The notes beneath the pieces are model-generated. The model saw only the letters and a list, made by a program, of their open reading frames with translations, did not search any database and was not told the origin of the DNA. From Geosiphon pyriformis uo1 (taxonomy: Eukaryota > Fungi > Glomeromycota), in NCBI GenBank assembly GCA_016748015.1, contig JAAOMT010000599.1, forward strand, positions 520,589 through 584,588: a stretch of DNA of 64,000 nt. Reading direction: 5' to 3'. The position numbers were made by a program, and so were the translations under genes. Below, in pieces: positions 11,601 through 24,067 of the stretch; the stretch's first letter is position 1; each line of letters starts with the position of its first letter.

Positions 11601-14600
11601 AAGTTGTGGAAAGTCTGAAATGGGGTTTGGTAATTGATCCTCCATTTCAGTATTTAAGTATTCAATAATGGTTCTGGTTGGTATTACTATGACATTTCTT
11701 GTGTTGTTGTAAATGGGAATTTTGATGTGGCTGTAATCTTTGGCTGGTATGTGAAGATTGATGAACCCAACTTTTCCTGATTCACAAAGACTGGCTTCTG
11801 CTTCAAAAATTTGTGCTTGGTCTTTTTCCTTCCTTTCTATTGCTAGCATGTACTGGCTATATGGTAGAATGAAAATAGCTTAACTGATTAAGATAATTCC
11901 TTCTTGGCCAACAATTTCTTCCTCTGCCATATTAACTGGTATATCTATTCTACCCATTAATCTGAATCTCTGTATTCCTCTTGCTGTTATTCCTAATTTC
12001 TCCCTCTTTCCTACTGATACTAACTAAACTACTCTAACCAGAGGCAGGAATATTGTCTATGCTATTTTTTTGTTGGGCTCTATTATATAGGTCTTTTCTG
12101 AGTCATTTTGTAACATAGCAATAATATTTCCTATATATCCTGTGTCAATTATTCCTCCTCTTATATTAATTCCTCTTTTTGCTAAACTACTCCTAGATGC
12201 TAATTGAACCATTGTTGTTGCTGAAATTTCTAGTGCTACTTTCAGATCAATGCAGGTGCATGAATGTGGTTCCAATTTAATAGCCTCTTTTCCTGGATAC
12301 CTCAAATCAAACCCTGCATCAGTATTATGTGCATGTTTTGGCATAATACCTTCCCCATTGTCACTATACTATTTCAATTCTTGTTTCTTGAAGAGATTTG
12401 ATAGTGCAATGTATTGTTCGTAGTTTAAATCAGAGTTTGAATCTGAGTTGGAATCAGTATTGTTGTTGTTGCCATATTTAATGGAGCTGGAACTGGTGTT
12501 TTTGTTGTCATTGTTGTCAGAGTTTGAATCAGAATTGAAAATTGATTCCGATTCTGATACACAGCTGCTGATTGGTTCTTCCTCTTCAGGGATTGTGTAG
12601 ATCATGTGTGGTGGTGGATTGTAAATAAGATCATACTTATTACAATATTTGAAGTCACATGGAATCAAACAGTGATCACATAGTCAAGTGTTTATTTCTT
12701 CCAAGCATTGCTCTTGTTTCTCTCGTATAAGTGCCAATTCCTGGTAATGTTCGTGGAACTGCTCTGGATCTAAAAGATTTATGACTGGTTCTGAGTCCCA
12801 GTCGAGTTCTATGGGTTCTGGGTGATTGTTCTTGATCTTTCTGATCTCTTTGGGTGTTGTTCCTTCTATTTTGGCAATTGCTATTCTCCAAATTTCATCA
12901 TCATCATGTGGACAACTGTCCAGTCACTGCACGGCTCTTCTCCAGGCTGCTTTTATTGGTGTTTTTTTCCTTATGCAGTTGCTTATCAGAATTGTGTATT
13001 GGCACAATTCATTACACGTTCCTTTACGTTCTGGGATGTTGTTCTATATCTCTTTATCTAGCAGGATCTCCCCACAAGTGAAACAAGATTGGTTATCCCA
13101 TTTTCCTTGCCTCTTTGGTTGTCCAAAGCATTCGAGTATACATGGATGACAGTAGAACTTTGTTGCGGTGTGGTATTTCTCATCATTGCCACAGTATGCA
13201 CCTATTGATAACAATTTTTTGTCACAATTGATGCATATAAGCCTAGATTGACGATAGGTAGATTGTTGTGGTATAGTGTTGGTATTATAAGTGGTGGTTT
13301 GGGTGGTCCCTTCTTCTTTTTCTTTCTCTTTTCCTTTATCTTCCTTGTTTTCTTTCCATTCCCAGCTTGAAGTTGGTTTGCTTTCATCATTGTCAGTCCA
13401 TGTCAAGTTATTGGTTTCCCAGGTAAGTTCTTCCTTTTGTTTCCTTTTTCTATTGTTATTGTCATCCCAGGAGAGTATTGGTGGCAGCTTATTGTGTTCT
13501 TTGTCAGCCCATGACATTTGGTAGGCCTTCCAGGTAGATTTTGGTTTCTCTTCCTTGAAATCAATTAATGGTGCCATAGTGTTAATAGCCTTGAAGTGGC
13601 CACACATTACTGGTACTCATGTGTGTTGCCCATTCTGGTTGAGTTGAAGCTCTTGTGTATTCCAATCCAGAGTGACATTTGTCTTAGACAGCCAGTCATT
13701 GCCAACTAGAGCTTGATATTGAGTGGCTTCTATGACGAGTACTTTGATTGGGACTATGATGCCATTAATTTTAATTGGTAAGTCATCGATTTCGCCAATT
13801 AGAGTCTTGGTCGCTCCATCAGCCATAATGATTATAGTGTTAGTAGCTCAATTAACTCAACGACCTATTTGATCCATGAGTTGTCATGTGATAATGCTGC
13901 CTGCTGAACCACTATCAAGAATTAGTTTGGTGGGATGGCCATCAATTTTTGCATCAGTATACATGGCGGTAATTGGCTTTTCTTCCAGTGCAGCTCCACT
14001 GAATAATGGCGTGGTTGATAGTTCCTTGAGTTTGAATGGAAAAATGGCATCCAGAGATTCGTCTTCCATGATTGTGGCAGGCAGAATGTTGCTGGTAGGC
14101 ATTTGTTTGAGTTCCTGATTGTTGGGTGTGGTGTTTTCTGGGGTAACCAGGAGACTTAAATAGTTCTGGAAATTTGGGTTTTGGGTGGCACTGGTAGCCA
14201 AATTCCGAGAATGTGATCTTGATGGTAGTTAAAAGAACTGGAGATTGGTTGATAGACAACCATTGCCGATCTCCAGTTTTGTGCAATTCTGGGTCTTGGG
14301 TTTCCTGATGTCATTGTAGCTGAGTTTTGGAGTGGTGTTTGAATTGATGGTTGAGACTGATAAATTATTTGGGGCTGCGGCTGATAAATTACTGGAGGCT
14401 GCTGTTGATAAATTGTTGGTGGTTGCAGTTAATAAACTGAAGGTTGATATACTGGTGGTTGATAGATTGGTTGCTGTGTTATTGGCAGGTAAGTATTTTG
14501 ATATTGGTCTTGATCTTGATTTGGATAATGATTTGGAGTTTGGAACTGGCAATTGGGGTTTCTGTATTAATTTCTTGATCATTGGTTGCTATAAGTATGG

Positions 14601-16369
14601 CAATTAACTCAAATATGGCCTTGTTTATTACAGTTGTGGCAGACATGCGTTTTTGGTTGCCACGGCGGACTAGGTGCTGTCGAGGATGATAGACGTGACT
14701 GATTTTGGAAATAATTCATGTTTCCTGAATTATTGTGTTGCTGTGGTGGTTGATATATGGTGTGATTGTCAGCTAAGTATCCCTCTAATTTCTGATTAAT
14801 TGACTCACTGAACTGTTTTAATTTGGAATCCAATTCAGATAATCCATTCATTACTAGGTTTATTGCTTGAGCATGGTTGGCTTCTAACTCAGCTGCTTCA
14901 AAATCTCTGGCATGTGTAACTGCAATAGGGAGGTCAACTGGATGTATTGGGCATACTTGCTAGAGGAGATTACTGCACAAACCTCTAATAAATTGGTTTA
15001 AAATCTGTGGCGCTGTAAAATAGTCAGCTTGAATTGCTTGGATCTGGCGCAGATTTCTATGGAAGCGTTCCAAGTAAGTGGTGACTGCTTCAGTATCTCC
15101 TTGCTTGATGGTAGTGAAGAGATTGGCTAACTTGTTGATGCTATTATTATTGCTGAAATATCTTACGAATTCTGTCTTAAAATCATTGAAGGTTTGTGGT
15201 TTGACAGCTAGACTTTGATATCATGCATCCACGGTGTCCCTTAGAAAGTAAGAGATGGCTTAAAGTGCTCGGACATCATTCCATCCATTCACAGTGATGG
15301 CTTTTTTTATGTTATTCAGCCATGCTTATATATCGTCTTCTTCGCCAGTAAAGTTGTCAAGTTTTGCGATTGGTGCATAGGCCATTGGATCTAAGTTGAG
15401 TTGTTGTGGTGGTTGTTAAAGTGGTTGTTGTATGGGTTTGGCTACTGAATTAATCAGTGATTGATCGATGACGATTACTGGAGGTAAGTTTTGCTGATTA
15501 ATTAATTTGGGATTTGGATTGTTCTGTTTTTGATGATTTGGAGTTTCGATTTCCAAATTTTCTAGATTTAGATTTTGCTAAGCTTGAAAATTTGGGGTTT
15601 CAACTTCCAGATTTTCAGTGATCGGGTTTTGGTAAGTAAATTCTTGATCTTCTGATTTTTCTTCCTTTTCTTCTTCAGATAGTTTCCATGGGGTAGCAGT
15701 TCCAAAGTCTGGTTGAGATGGCAGTGATCGAATTTCTGATGGGGTTGGTGATTGTAATTTAAATCCCTCAAAATATTCGCCGTATAGTCCTAACAGATTT
15801 GTTTTCCTTTGTTTACTTTGGAATGAAAATTGTCCGAATGTTGATATCGCGTTTAATGTAGACATGCTTGCTGATGTTATATTGATGGCACTTTCCAGTG
15901 TGTAGTGATAGGATGGAGCAGTTGGTGATTCAACTCTTGTTTTCTTCCAAGTGGGTGATTGTATTTCTTTGGGTGTTACTGCTGGTGTTTGTAGTTTTCT
16001 TTTGCCTTTACTGGCATAAGTAATTGGATATCTTTGTTGGGTGTGATGTTTAATTTCTTTGTTAATCTCAGTAATAATGGAGGCAAAATTGTGATTTGTT
16101 GACAGGTTAGTATTTTGAATTAATTCTCTGTAGAAAGTTTCCCTGGCTGTTCCAGTATTTACTGGTGTTCTCAACAAAGAGGAAATCTATTTGTTGACGT
16201 AGAAATTAAAGGCTGATTTGGCGGATATATGATTGTGGTTTAATCCCAAGTGTTGACAATAGTATTGAAATAGGGATTTTGCAAATCCTAAATGGTTTGC
16301 TCCTATGGTTTCTGATTCTGCCACTTTTGGATGGTGTTTGTTGATGCTAGTTCTCTGTAAAATTATACC
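8673..16369 (-). pseudogene. E3 gag-pol: Gag (CCHC), protease, Cys-rich block, dUTPase, RT, RNase H, integrase
   Basis: CHNCNKQGHI knuckle; LILDSGSAGSII protease; DAGFDLR/SRSSLA/GGIIDTGY dUTPase; YLDD RT; HHCC and DDE integrase. Confidence 0.93.
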
Positions 16370-16384
16370 TCACAGAGAGCACCA
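16368..16384 (-). other. Primer binding site of E3 (TGGTGCTCTCTGTGAGG)
   Basis: Begins with TGG 2 nt after the LTR-terminal CA. Conserved in E2, E4 and E6. Confidence 0.88.
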
Positions 16385-16386
16385 AA

Positions 16387-17241
16387 TGTTACAGATGACA
16401 ATATCTGATGTTGAATTAAATACAAACCCATAACTTGGTGCTCAAAGCTATTCTCATCATTGATGATCTGAAGAGTTGTATCTGAAAGTTTTGATGGAGT
16501 CTTTTGTATAATGGACAGAGATTCAATAGTTGTATTATCCATAGCTTTTCAGACTTACAAGTCTGTCAATTTTTTTCTCAGCTTGGTGGCCGGCAATCCT
16601 CTAGTAAGTATTCCATATCTTCTGTATGTGTCCTACCCTCTTGCAGGAGTCTTTTACCAGGCAATCCTTGATGTCAGTAATCAGCACTTTCAATCAATTA
16701 GTTAGTGCCCAATAACAAAATCACAGAATTTAAAAATAAAATAAAATAAAGAAAGAAAAGAAATAAGCCAAGGCAGTTTGCAAGTTAGTATTCTATCAAT
16801 AGCTGTGATCAAGAGCTATTGTTCCAGTGTGGTTAAGGATTAATTACTATCAACATAAAGTGTTAATAGCGGAAATGAGTTTGAGATAACAAATAGTTAT
16901 TTATTAGAGATTTGTGTGTTGAAGATTGCTTAGATTAAATCTAAACTAAGAGGTTTGTCTTTTCAGCTTCTAATCTTGCTGCTATATATACATAATTGAG
17001 ATTCCTCAATTCCTCGATTCTTTATGATAGGAATCCTGGAATTCCTGGAATCTTGCGATTCCTTTGAGAAAAATTCTGGAATTCTGGAATTCTGCGATTT
17101 ATCGTTGGGAAATCCTGAAATTCCTGGAATCCTGCAATTCCTGAGAGAAATCCTGGAATTCCACATTTTACTACGTCTACCTCTGATTGGCTAATATCTA
17201 CTAACTAATAATACTATATTTCTTATATTCTATGAGTAACA
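16387..17241 (-). repeat. 5' LTR of E3
   Basis: Paired with 7122-7976 and adjacent to the PBS. Confidence 0.95.
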
Positions 17242-17245
17242 ATAG

Positions 17246-20200
17246 TATATTTAAATAGTAAAAGTTCTATTTTTTATTGAACATAATGATCATCTCCAAA
17301 TTCTTGCTTCTGAATTGAAGTCAATTTTTTATGATCAGTGTATATGTCGAACTTCTGGCTTAAGTATTCTTTCCATTTTATGACTGCCCAATAGATTGCT
17401 AAGTGTTTTAATGTTAGTGTTCCAGTTTTTTTTAGCTGAACTCAAATTTCGGCTGGTGTATACTACTAGATATTCTCTTTTATTCGGTCTTTTTTGTGAT
17501 AGTATTGCTTCCAATGCTTGGTCTAATGCATTGGTAGTAATGATGAATTGTTTGCTGTGATCTGAATACATCAACACTGGAGCTTGAATAAGCTTTTTTC
17601 TTAATATGTTGAAAGCTTCTTACTGGTTTTCTGTCTATTTATACTTGATGTTTTTTGATTAGAGCTGGTATAATGGCTGGGCCAGTTTAGAAAAATTTTT
17701 GATAAAATGGCAATAGTATCTAGCAAATCCCAAGAATGTTCTTAGTTCTGTTAAGTTGGTTGGTACTGGAAAGTTCTTAACTACTTCAATCTTGTCTGGA
17801 TCTGTTTTGATACTATCTTTGCTTACAACATGTTCCAAAAACTTGAGTTCAGTTTTTCCAAAGAAACACTTGGTTGTATTTAATTTTAATCTGGCTCTTT
17901 TTAGTCTTTCAAATACTTGTTGGAGATAATGTAAATAATTATTGAATGTCTTAGAGAACACATTTGTGTCATCTAAGTAAACAACTACTGATTTTTATAG
18001 TAGTCTGGTGTAAACAATTTCCATTAATCATTGAAAGATGGCTGGTGCATTTATCAAACCAAATGGTATTACTTCAAATTCAAAATTTTTTTCTTGTGTT
18101 GTAAAAGCTGTTTTCTTTTTATCTTCCAGTTTTATGGCTACTTATTAGTAATCACTGTCTAAGTCCAAAGTTAAGAACTATTTCTTTCCTTCAAAAGCAT
18201 TAAACAGTTCTTGGATCTTTGGAGTTGGGTAGCTATCTTTTTTTGTTACTCTATTCAGTTTCCTGTAATCCACACAAAAGCAGATTTTTCTATTTTTCTT
18301 ACAAACTAGTACCACTGATAATGACTATGGGCTTATTAATAACTGAATTAGTCTATTGTCAAGCATCCAATTGATTTCTTGACAAATGATTTTATGGCTA
18401 GTTGGTGGTATTCTGTATGCTCATTGTTTTATTGGCATTACATCTCCAGTCTTGATCTGATGCTGGATGATATCAGTATGGCCAAATTTATTTTTACTGG
18501 TAAAAATGTCATTAAAGTTGTTAAGTAACATCTTGAACTGCATATGTTAAAGTGGGTTTAAGTTTCCCATGTTCATTTGTTTCAATTGTTTTGATTGGAG
18601 CAAATAACATTTGTTCCATCTGTAAATTGTTTGTGATATAATATCCACATATCCGCAAAGTTGTGGAAAATCTGGAATGGGATTTGGTATTTGTTCTTCA
18701 ACTTCAGTGCTTAAATATCTGATGATAATTCTATTTGGTATTTTTATGATGTTTCTTGTTGCATTATAGATGAGAATTTTGATATGATTCTTGTTTTTGA
18801 CTGGTATGTAGAGATTAGTAAGTCCAATATCTTCTGACTCACAAATGATTGGTTCTGCTTCAAAAATTTATGCCTGATCCTTCACTTTTTTTTCTATGGT
18901 TAACATGTACTAGTCATATGACAGAATGGAAATTAATTGATGGGTGAATATAATTTCTCTCTTGTCAATAACCTCTTCTTCTGCCATATTGACTGGTATA
19001 TCTATTCTATTCATCAATCCGAATTCTTGTATCTTTCTAGCTGTAATTCCTAATTCTTTTCTGTTTCCCACTAATACTAATTAAGCTATTTTAACCAGAG
19101 GCAGGAATATTGTCTGTGCTATTTTTTTATTTGGCTCTATAATATAGGTTTTTTCTGAGTTATTTTGTAGCATAGCAATGATATTTTCTACATATCCAGC
19201 ATCAATTATTTCTCCTTTAATACTAATTTTTTTTTTTGCTAAGCTACTTCTAGATGCTAATTGAACCATTGTTGTTGCAGGAATTTTTAGTGCTACTTTG
19301 AGATCAATGCAGGTATGTGAATGTGGTTCTAATTTGATAGCATTTTTTTCTGAATATCTCAGATTAAATCCTGCATCAGTATTATGTATATGTTCTGGCA
19401 TAATACCTTCATCATTTTTACTGAACCATTTTAGTTCCTGGTTTTTGGTAAGATCAAAAAGAGCAATATATTGTTCTGCATATGAATTGGAGTTTGAATT
19501 GTTATTGTTGTTGTTATCATTTTGAACAGAGCTAGAACCAATGTTATTGTTATTGTTGTTGCCAAAGTTTGAAAATTGATTCCGATTCTGATGCATAGCT
19601 GCTGATTGGTTTTTTTTTCTTTGGAATTGTGTAGATTATGTGGATCAGTAGATTGTAAATGAGATCACACTTATTACAATATTGAAAGTCATATGGAATC
19701 AAACAGTAATTACATAATTGAGTGTTTATCTCTTCCAAGTGTTGTTCCTGTTTTTTTCAAGTGGGTGCTAAATTTTGGTAGTGTTCATAAAATTTCTCTG
19801 GGCCTGTCTCAATATCTAAAAAGGCATCGGGATTGGGAATAAGAACAACTTTAACTGGTTTAGATGGATTGTTCTTTATTTCTAAGATCTCACTGGGCAA
19901 AGCATCTTCTATCTTGGCATTGACCATTCTCCAAATCTCACCTTCATTATGTGGATAATCATCTAGGCAAGAGATTGCTTGATGTCAGGCTGCTATTATT
20001 GGGATTCCTCAATTTACCCAGTCATTAATAAGAATTGTATATTAACATAATGCATTGCAGGTTTCTTTTCAACCAGAAATGTTGTTCTACATCCCTTCAT
20101 CGAGCAGTTGTTTGTCACAAGTAAGACATGGTTTATTGTTCCACTTGCCTTGGTATTTTGGGTAGCTGTAGTGTTCACAGTGACATGGTTTGTAATAGTA

Positions 20201-22513
20201 ATGGATTTGTGTTTAGTAGTTTTTGTTGGGTGCAATCCAAGCTCCCATGGAAAACTACTTTTTCTGGCAGTCTTTGTACTTGAGTGGGATATAGGATGGC
20301 TTTGGTCTGGTGTCAGTTGAATAGAAACTTTTTCAGCCACTGGTAATTTTGTTGATGGTATCTTCTTGTGGCTCGTTTTTTTCTTTTTCTTTCTCTTTGT
20401 TGTCCCAAGACAGTATTGGCAGTAATTTGTTGTGGTTGGTATCAGTTTAAGAAACTTGGTAGGCTTTCCAGGTAGGTTTCTTCTCTTCTTTCTCAAATTC
20501 AATTAGTGGTGTAGTTGTAGTGGTCTTGAAGTGTTTACAAGTGGCTGGTACTCTAATATATTGCCCATTTTGGCTGAGCTGTAGCTCTTGGATGTTCCAG
20601 TTGAGCATGGTATTGGTTTTAGACAGCCAGTTATTAAAGCTTGGTACTGGATGGCTTCCATGATTAAAACCTTGATTAGTACAATGATATTATTGACTTC
20701 GATGAGAAAATTGTTGATTTCACCAATTGAAGTTTTGGTGGCTCTATTAGCAGTGATAATTCTAATGCTGGCAGCATAATTAACTCAGTGACCTAATTGG
20801 TCTATGAGTTGTCATGTGATAATGCTGCCTGTTGAACCACTGTTTAGAATCAGCTTAATGGCCTGTTCATCAATCTTGACATTAGTGTATATGGCAGTAA
20901 TGAGTTTCATATTAAGGATGGCTCCACTAAAGAGAGGGGTTTTAGTTGGTTTCTTGATTTTGAAAAAAAAAATGGCTGCTAATGATTTGTTATTTGTGAC
21001 AGTGGCTAGAAGTATGTTGTTATTAATCATTTGCTTCAGGGAGATTTTCAGGTTGTTGTTGGTTGAAACATCTTTTGGGGTAACCAGAAGACTCAAATAG
21101 TTCTGGGAACTCTGATTTTGGTTGTACTCATTTTTCAAATTCCTGGGATGTGATTCTATGGCGTGGTTGAATGAACTAAGAATCAGTTGATGTACAACCA
21201 TTGCTGATCTCCAGTTTTGTTAAATGATTCTCAGTTTTTGGTTTTTGGATGATGTCTGGATTGAATTGTATAGCAGGGTTTGAATTTGTTGTGGCTAATA
21301 TATTACTTGTGACTGTGGCTGGTAGATAACTGGTGCTGGAGTTTGATAAACTGGGGTTTGGTAGATTGGTTGCTGTGCTATTTGAATGTAGTGTGATTGA
21401 TAGTGATCTTGATTTAAGTAGTGGTTTGGAGTTTGAAATCTGTGATTGAAGTTTTGATTTTGATTCTCCAATCATGAATTATCGCTATAAACTTGGCAGC
21501 TAGCTTTGATGTGATCTTGTTTACCACAATTGTAGCAACTACATGTCTCTTGCTGTCACAGCTGATTGAATGATGATGATGAAGGATGTGACTGATTTCA
21601 GAAATGATTCACATTTTCTGAATTATTGCATTATTGTGGAGGCTGATAAATTACTCGATTGTTAACTAAGTATCCTTCTAGTTTCTGATTAATTGAATTA
21701 CTGAATTGTTTCAATTTGGAATCCAATTCAGATGATTCATTTATTACTAGATTTACAGCTTGGACATAGTTGGCTTCAAGTTTAGCTGCTTCAAAATCTC
21801 TGGCATTTGTGACTGTGGCTTGAAGATCTGCTGAGTATAGTGGATGTACACATTGGAGTATGCTACTGTGTAGGCTGCAAATAAATTGGTTCAAGATTTG
21901 TGGCACTGTAAAATAATCAGCTTGTATTGCCTGAATTTGGCATAGGTTTCTGTAAAAATGTCCCAAGTAGGTAGTGACTGCTTCAGTTTCTCTTTGCTTA
22001 ATGGTAGTAAAAATGCTAGTTAAGCAGTTGATGCTGTTATTATTGCTGAAATATTGCAAGAACTCAAGCTTGAATGCATTGAAATCTTGGGATTTGTTAA
22101 CCAAACTTTGATATTACAAGTCAGTAGTATCCTAGAAAAAATATGAAATGGCTTGCATGGCTTTGGTGTTATTTTATCTGTTGGCCACAATGGTTTTTTC
22201 AATATTGTTTAGCCACACTTGGACATCATCTTCTTTGCCTGTAAACTTTTCAAGTTTTGTTATTGGGGCATAGACTATTGGATCTAAGTTTGATTGCTAT
22301 TGTTGTTGTTGTTGTGATGGTAACTGAATTTGAGGTTGTAGTAGTGGCTATTGTTGTATAGCAACTAGTGATGGGTTGATGACAATTATTGGAGGTAAGT
22401 TTTGTTGATTATTAATGTTGGGGTTTGGATTGTTCTGATTTTGTGGAGTTTGAAGGTTTAGAGTTTCAATTTCCGGATTTTCTAAAATCAGGTTTTGCTA
22501 AGTTTAAACATTC
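17246..22513 (-). pseudogene. E2 central gag-pol segment (Gag C-terminus, PR, Cys-rich block, dUTPase, RT, RNase H), degenerate
   Basis: ORFs 21631-22104 (gag), 20812-21201 (PR, LILNSGS), 19081-19596 (dUTPase), 17659-17961 (RT), 17335-17577 (RNase H). Confidence 0.9.
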
Positions 22514-22517
22514 ATGG

Positions 22518-23373
22518 TATTACAGATGATTATTTCTGCTGTTGAATTAAATAACAAACCCGTAACTTGGTGCTTAAAGCTAATTGCAGTTGATAGTAAT
22601 CTGAAGGTTTTGGTTGAGTTCTTTGTATAATGGACAGAGATTCAATAGTGTCGATAGTAGATGTATCTTTCCAAAAGTTTTCCCAATTTCTTTCTCAGTG
22701 TGGTGACCAGATTTAATCTGGCAGTTGTGCCTTTCTGGTAAGCTATCCAATAATATATAAAATTCTATCCATATTTCTAGGTCTTTTACCAGGCTATCCT
22801 TGATGTCAATAACTCAGTGCTTTAATTTTTAATCAATTAGTATACAACAACAAATCACAATAAAATAAAGAAAAAGAAATAAAAAAAAGAAAATAAAGAA
22901 AGAAAAGAAATAAGCCAAGGCAATTTGCAGATTAGTATCCCATCAATAGCCATGATCAAGAGCTATTGTTCCAGTGTGGTTAAGTATCAATTACTATCAA
23001 CATGAAGGGTTGATAGTAGGAAGTGAATTGAGATATGAAATAATTATTTATTTGATAATTGTGTTTCTAGGCTAAGGATTCTGTGGTATCAATTCTGCTT
23101 TTTCTGTTTCTAACACTACTGCTATATATACATAATTGAGATTCCTCAATTCCTCAATTCTTCATAACAGGAATCCTGGAATTCCTAGAATTTTGTGATT
23201 CCTTTAAGAGGAATCCTGGAATTCTGGAATTCTGTAATTCCTTATCGAGGAATCCTGAAATTTCTGGAATCCTGCAATTCCTGAAAAGAATCCTGGAATT
23301 CTATATTTACTATGCTTACTTCTAATTGGCTAATAATTATGCTAATATATTTCCTATATTTCTATGAGTAATA
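22518..23373 (-). repeat. 3' LTR of E4
   Basis: Near-identical to 31795-32650; termini altered by transitions (tattac/gtaata). Confidence 0.94.
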
Positions 23374-23386
23374 TTATTCCCTCCTT

Positions 23387-24043
23387 TTAATATTGAGTTC
23401 TATCGAAATCTAACTCATGTAATTCCCCCTTTTGAAGTATTTCTTGGATTTTGTTTTTGAGAATTACTTGTGTTATTTGGGTCTGTAATTCTTCAAATTG
23501 AGCATTGGTGATTTTTCCCAATTGATTACTGGTAACCATATTTATTGCTCTGTTGAGCAATATTTCTGGTTTATCCTGAAATGCTGTGTGTATTTGGTAT
23601 ATGGCTCGGGCTTGTGTGGATAAGTTGTTCTTTTCCACAAAATGTTTTAATTGTTGTAGTATTCTTTTGTCAAATAATTGCTTTGTTTTATCTGTATATA
23701 GATTCTGGATATCTATGTGTTGTCCCAAGTGAAAATAACAATAGTTTTTTGGAAATTGTTGTATCTACCAATTCCAAGTTTCTTTCAACTCTTGATATAG
23801 TAACTCTTTTGTCAATTTTTTTACTGCTAATTTTACTTTCGCCATGATTTTGTCCATAGTATTTTCAGTTTTCTTCAGTGTTTTGAGTTAAAATGTCTTT
23901 CTAGTATCTTAATATCAAATAGTTTGTTGATTGATTGTAATCTCTATTTCCTGGTGTTGGATTAATTGAAAGAATTGTTGTGCTAGTGCATGAATGTTGT
24001 CTGTAATTTTCATTTTTCTGATATTTCCTATCACATCTACCAT
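23387..24043 (-). pseudogene. E4 third ORF (env position), ~218 aa, degenerate
   Basis: MVDVIGNIRKMKITDNIHALAQQ... in frame with ORF 23387-23728, ending DFDRTQY*. Confidence 0.78.
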
Positions 24044-24067
24044 GTCTTTATATATTCTTTTGATGGA

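Larger units (their letters stand above)
7122..17241 (-). mobile_element. Full-length nested Ty3/gypsy element E3 (10.1 kb, dUTPase family)
   Basis: Two 855-bp LTRs (7122-7976, 16387-17241), PBS 16368-16384, PPT complement 7977-7992, and 4-bp TSD ACAG/ATAG (one transition). Confidence 0.95.

Noticed and set aside
12822-14607. Many antisense or alternate-frame ORFs over gag-pol (e.g. 12826-13149, 14332-14607, 14229-14582, 29761-30081, 61262-61621)
   Set aside because: They are shadows of the A/C-rich sense strand, with no consistent starts or recognisable motifs.
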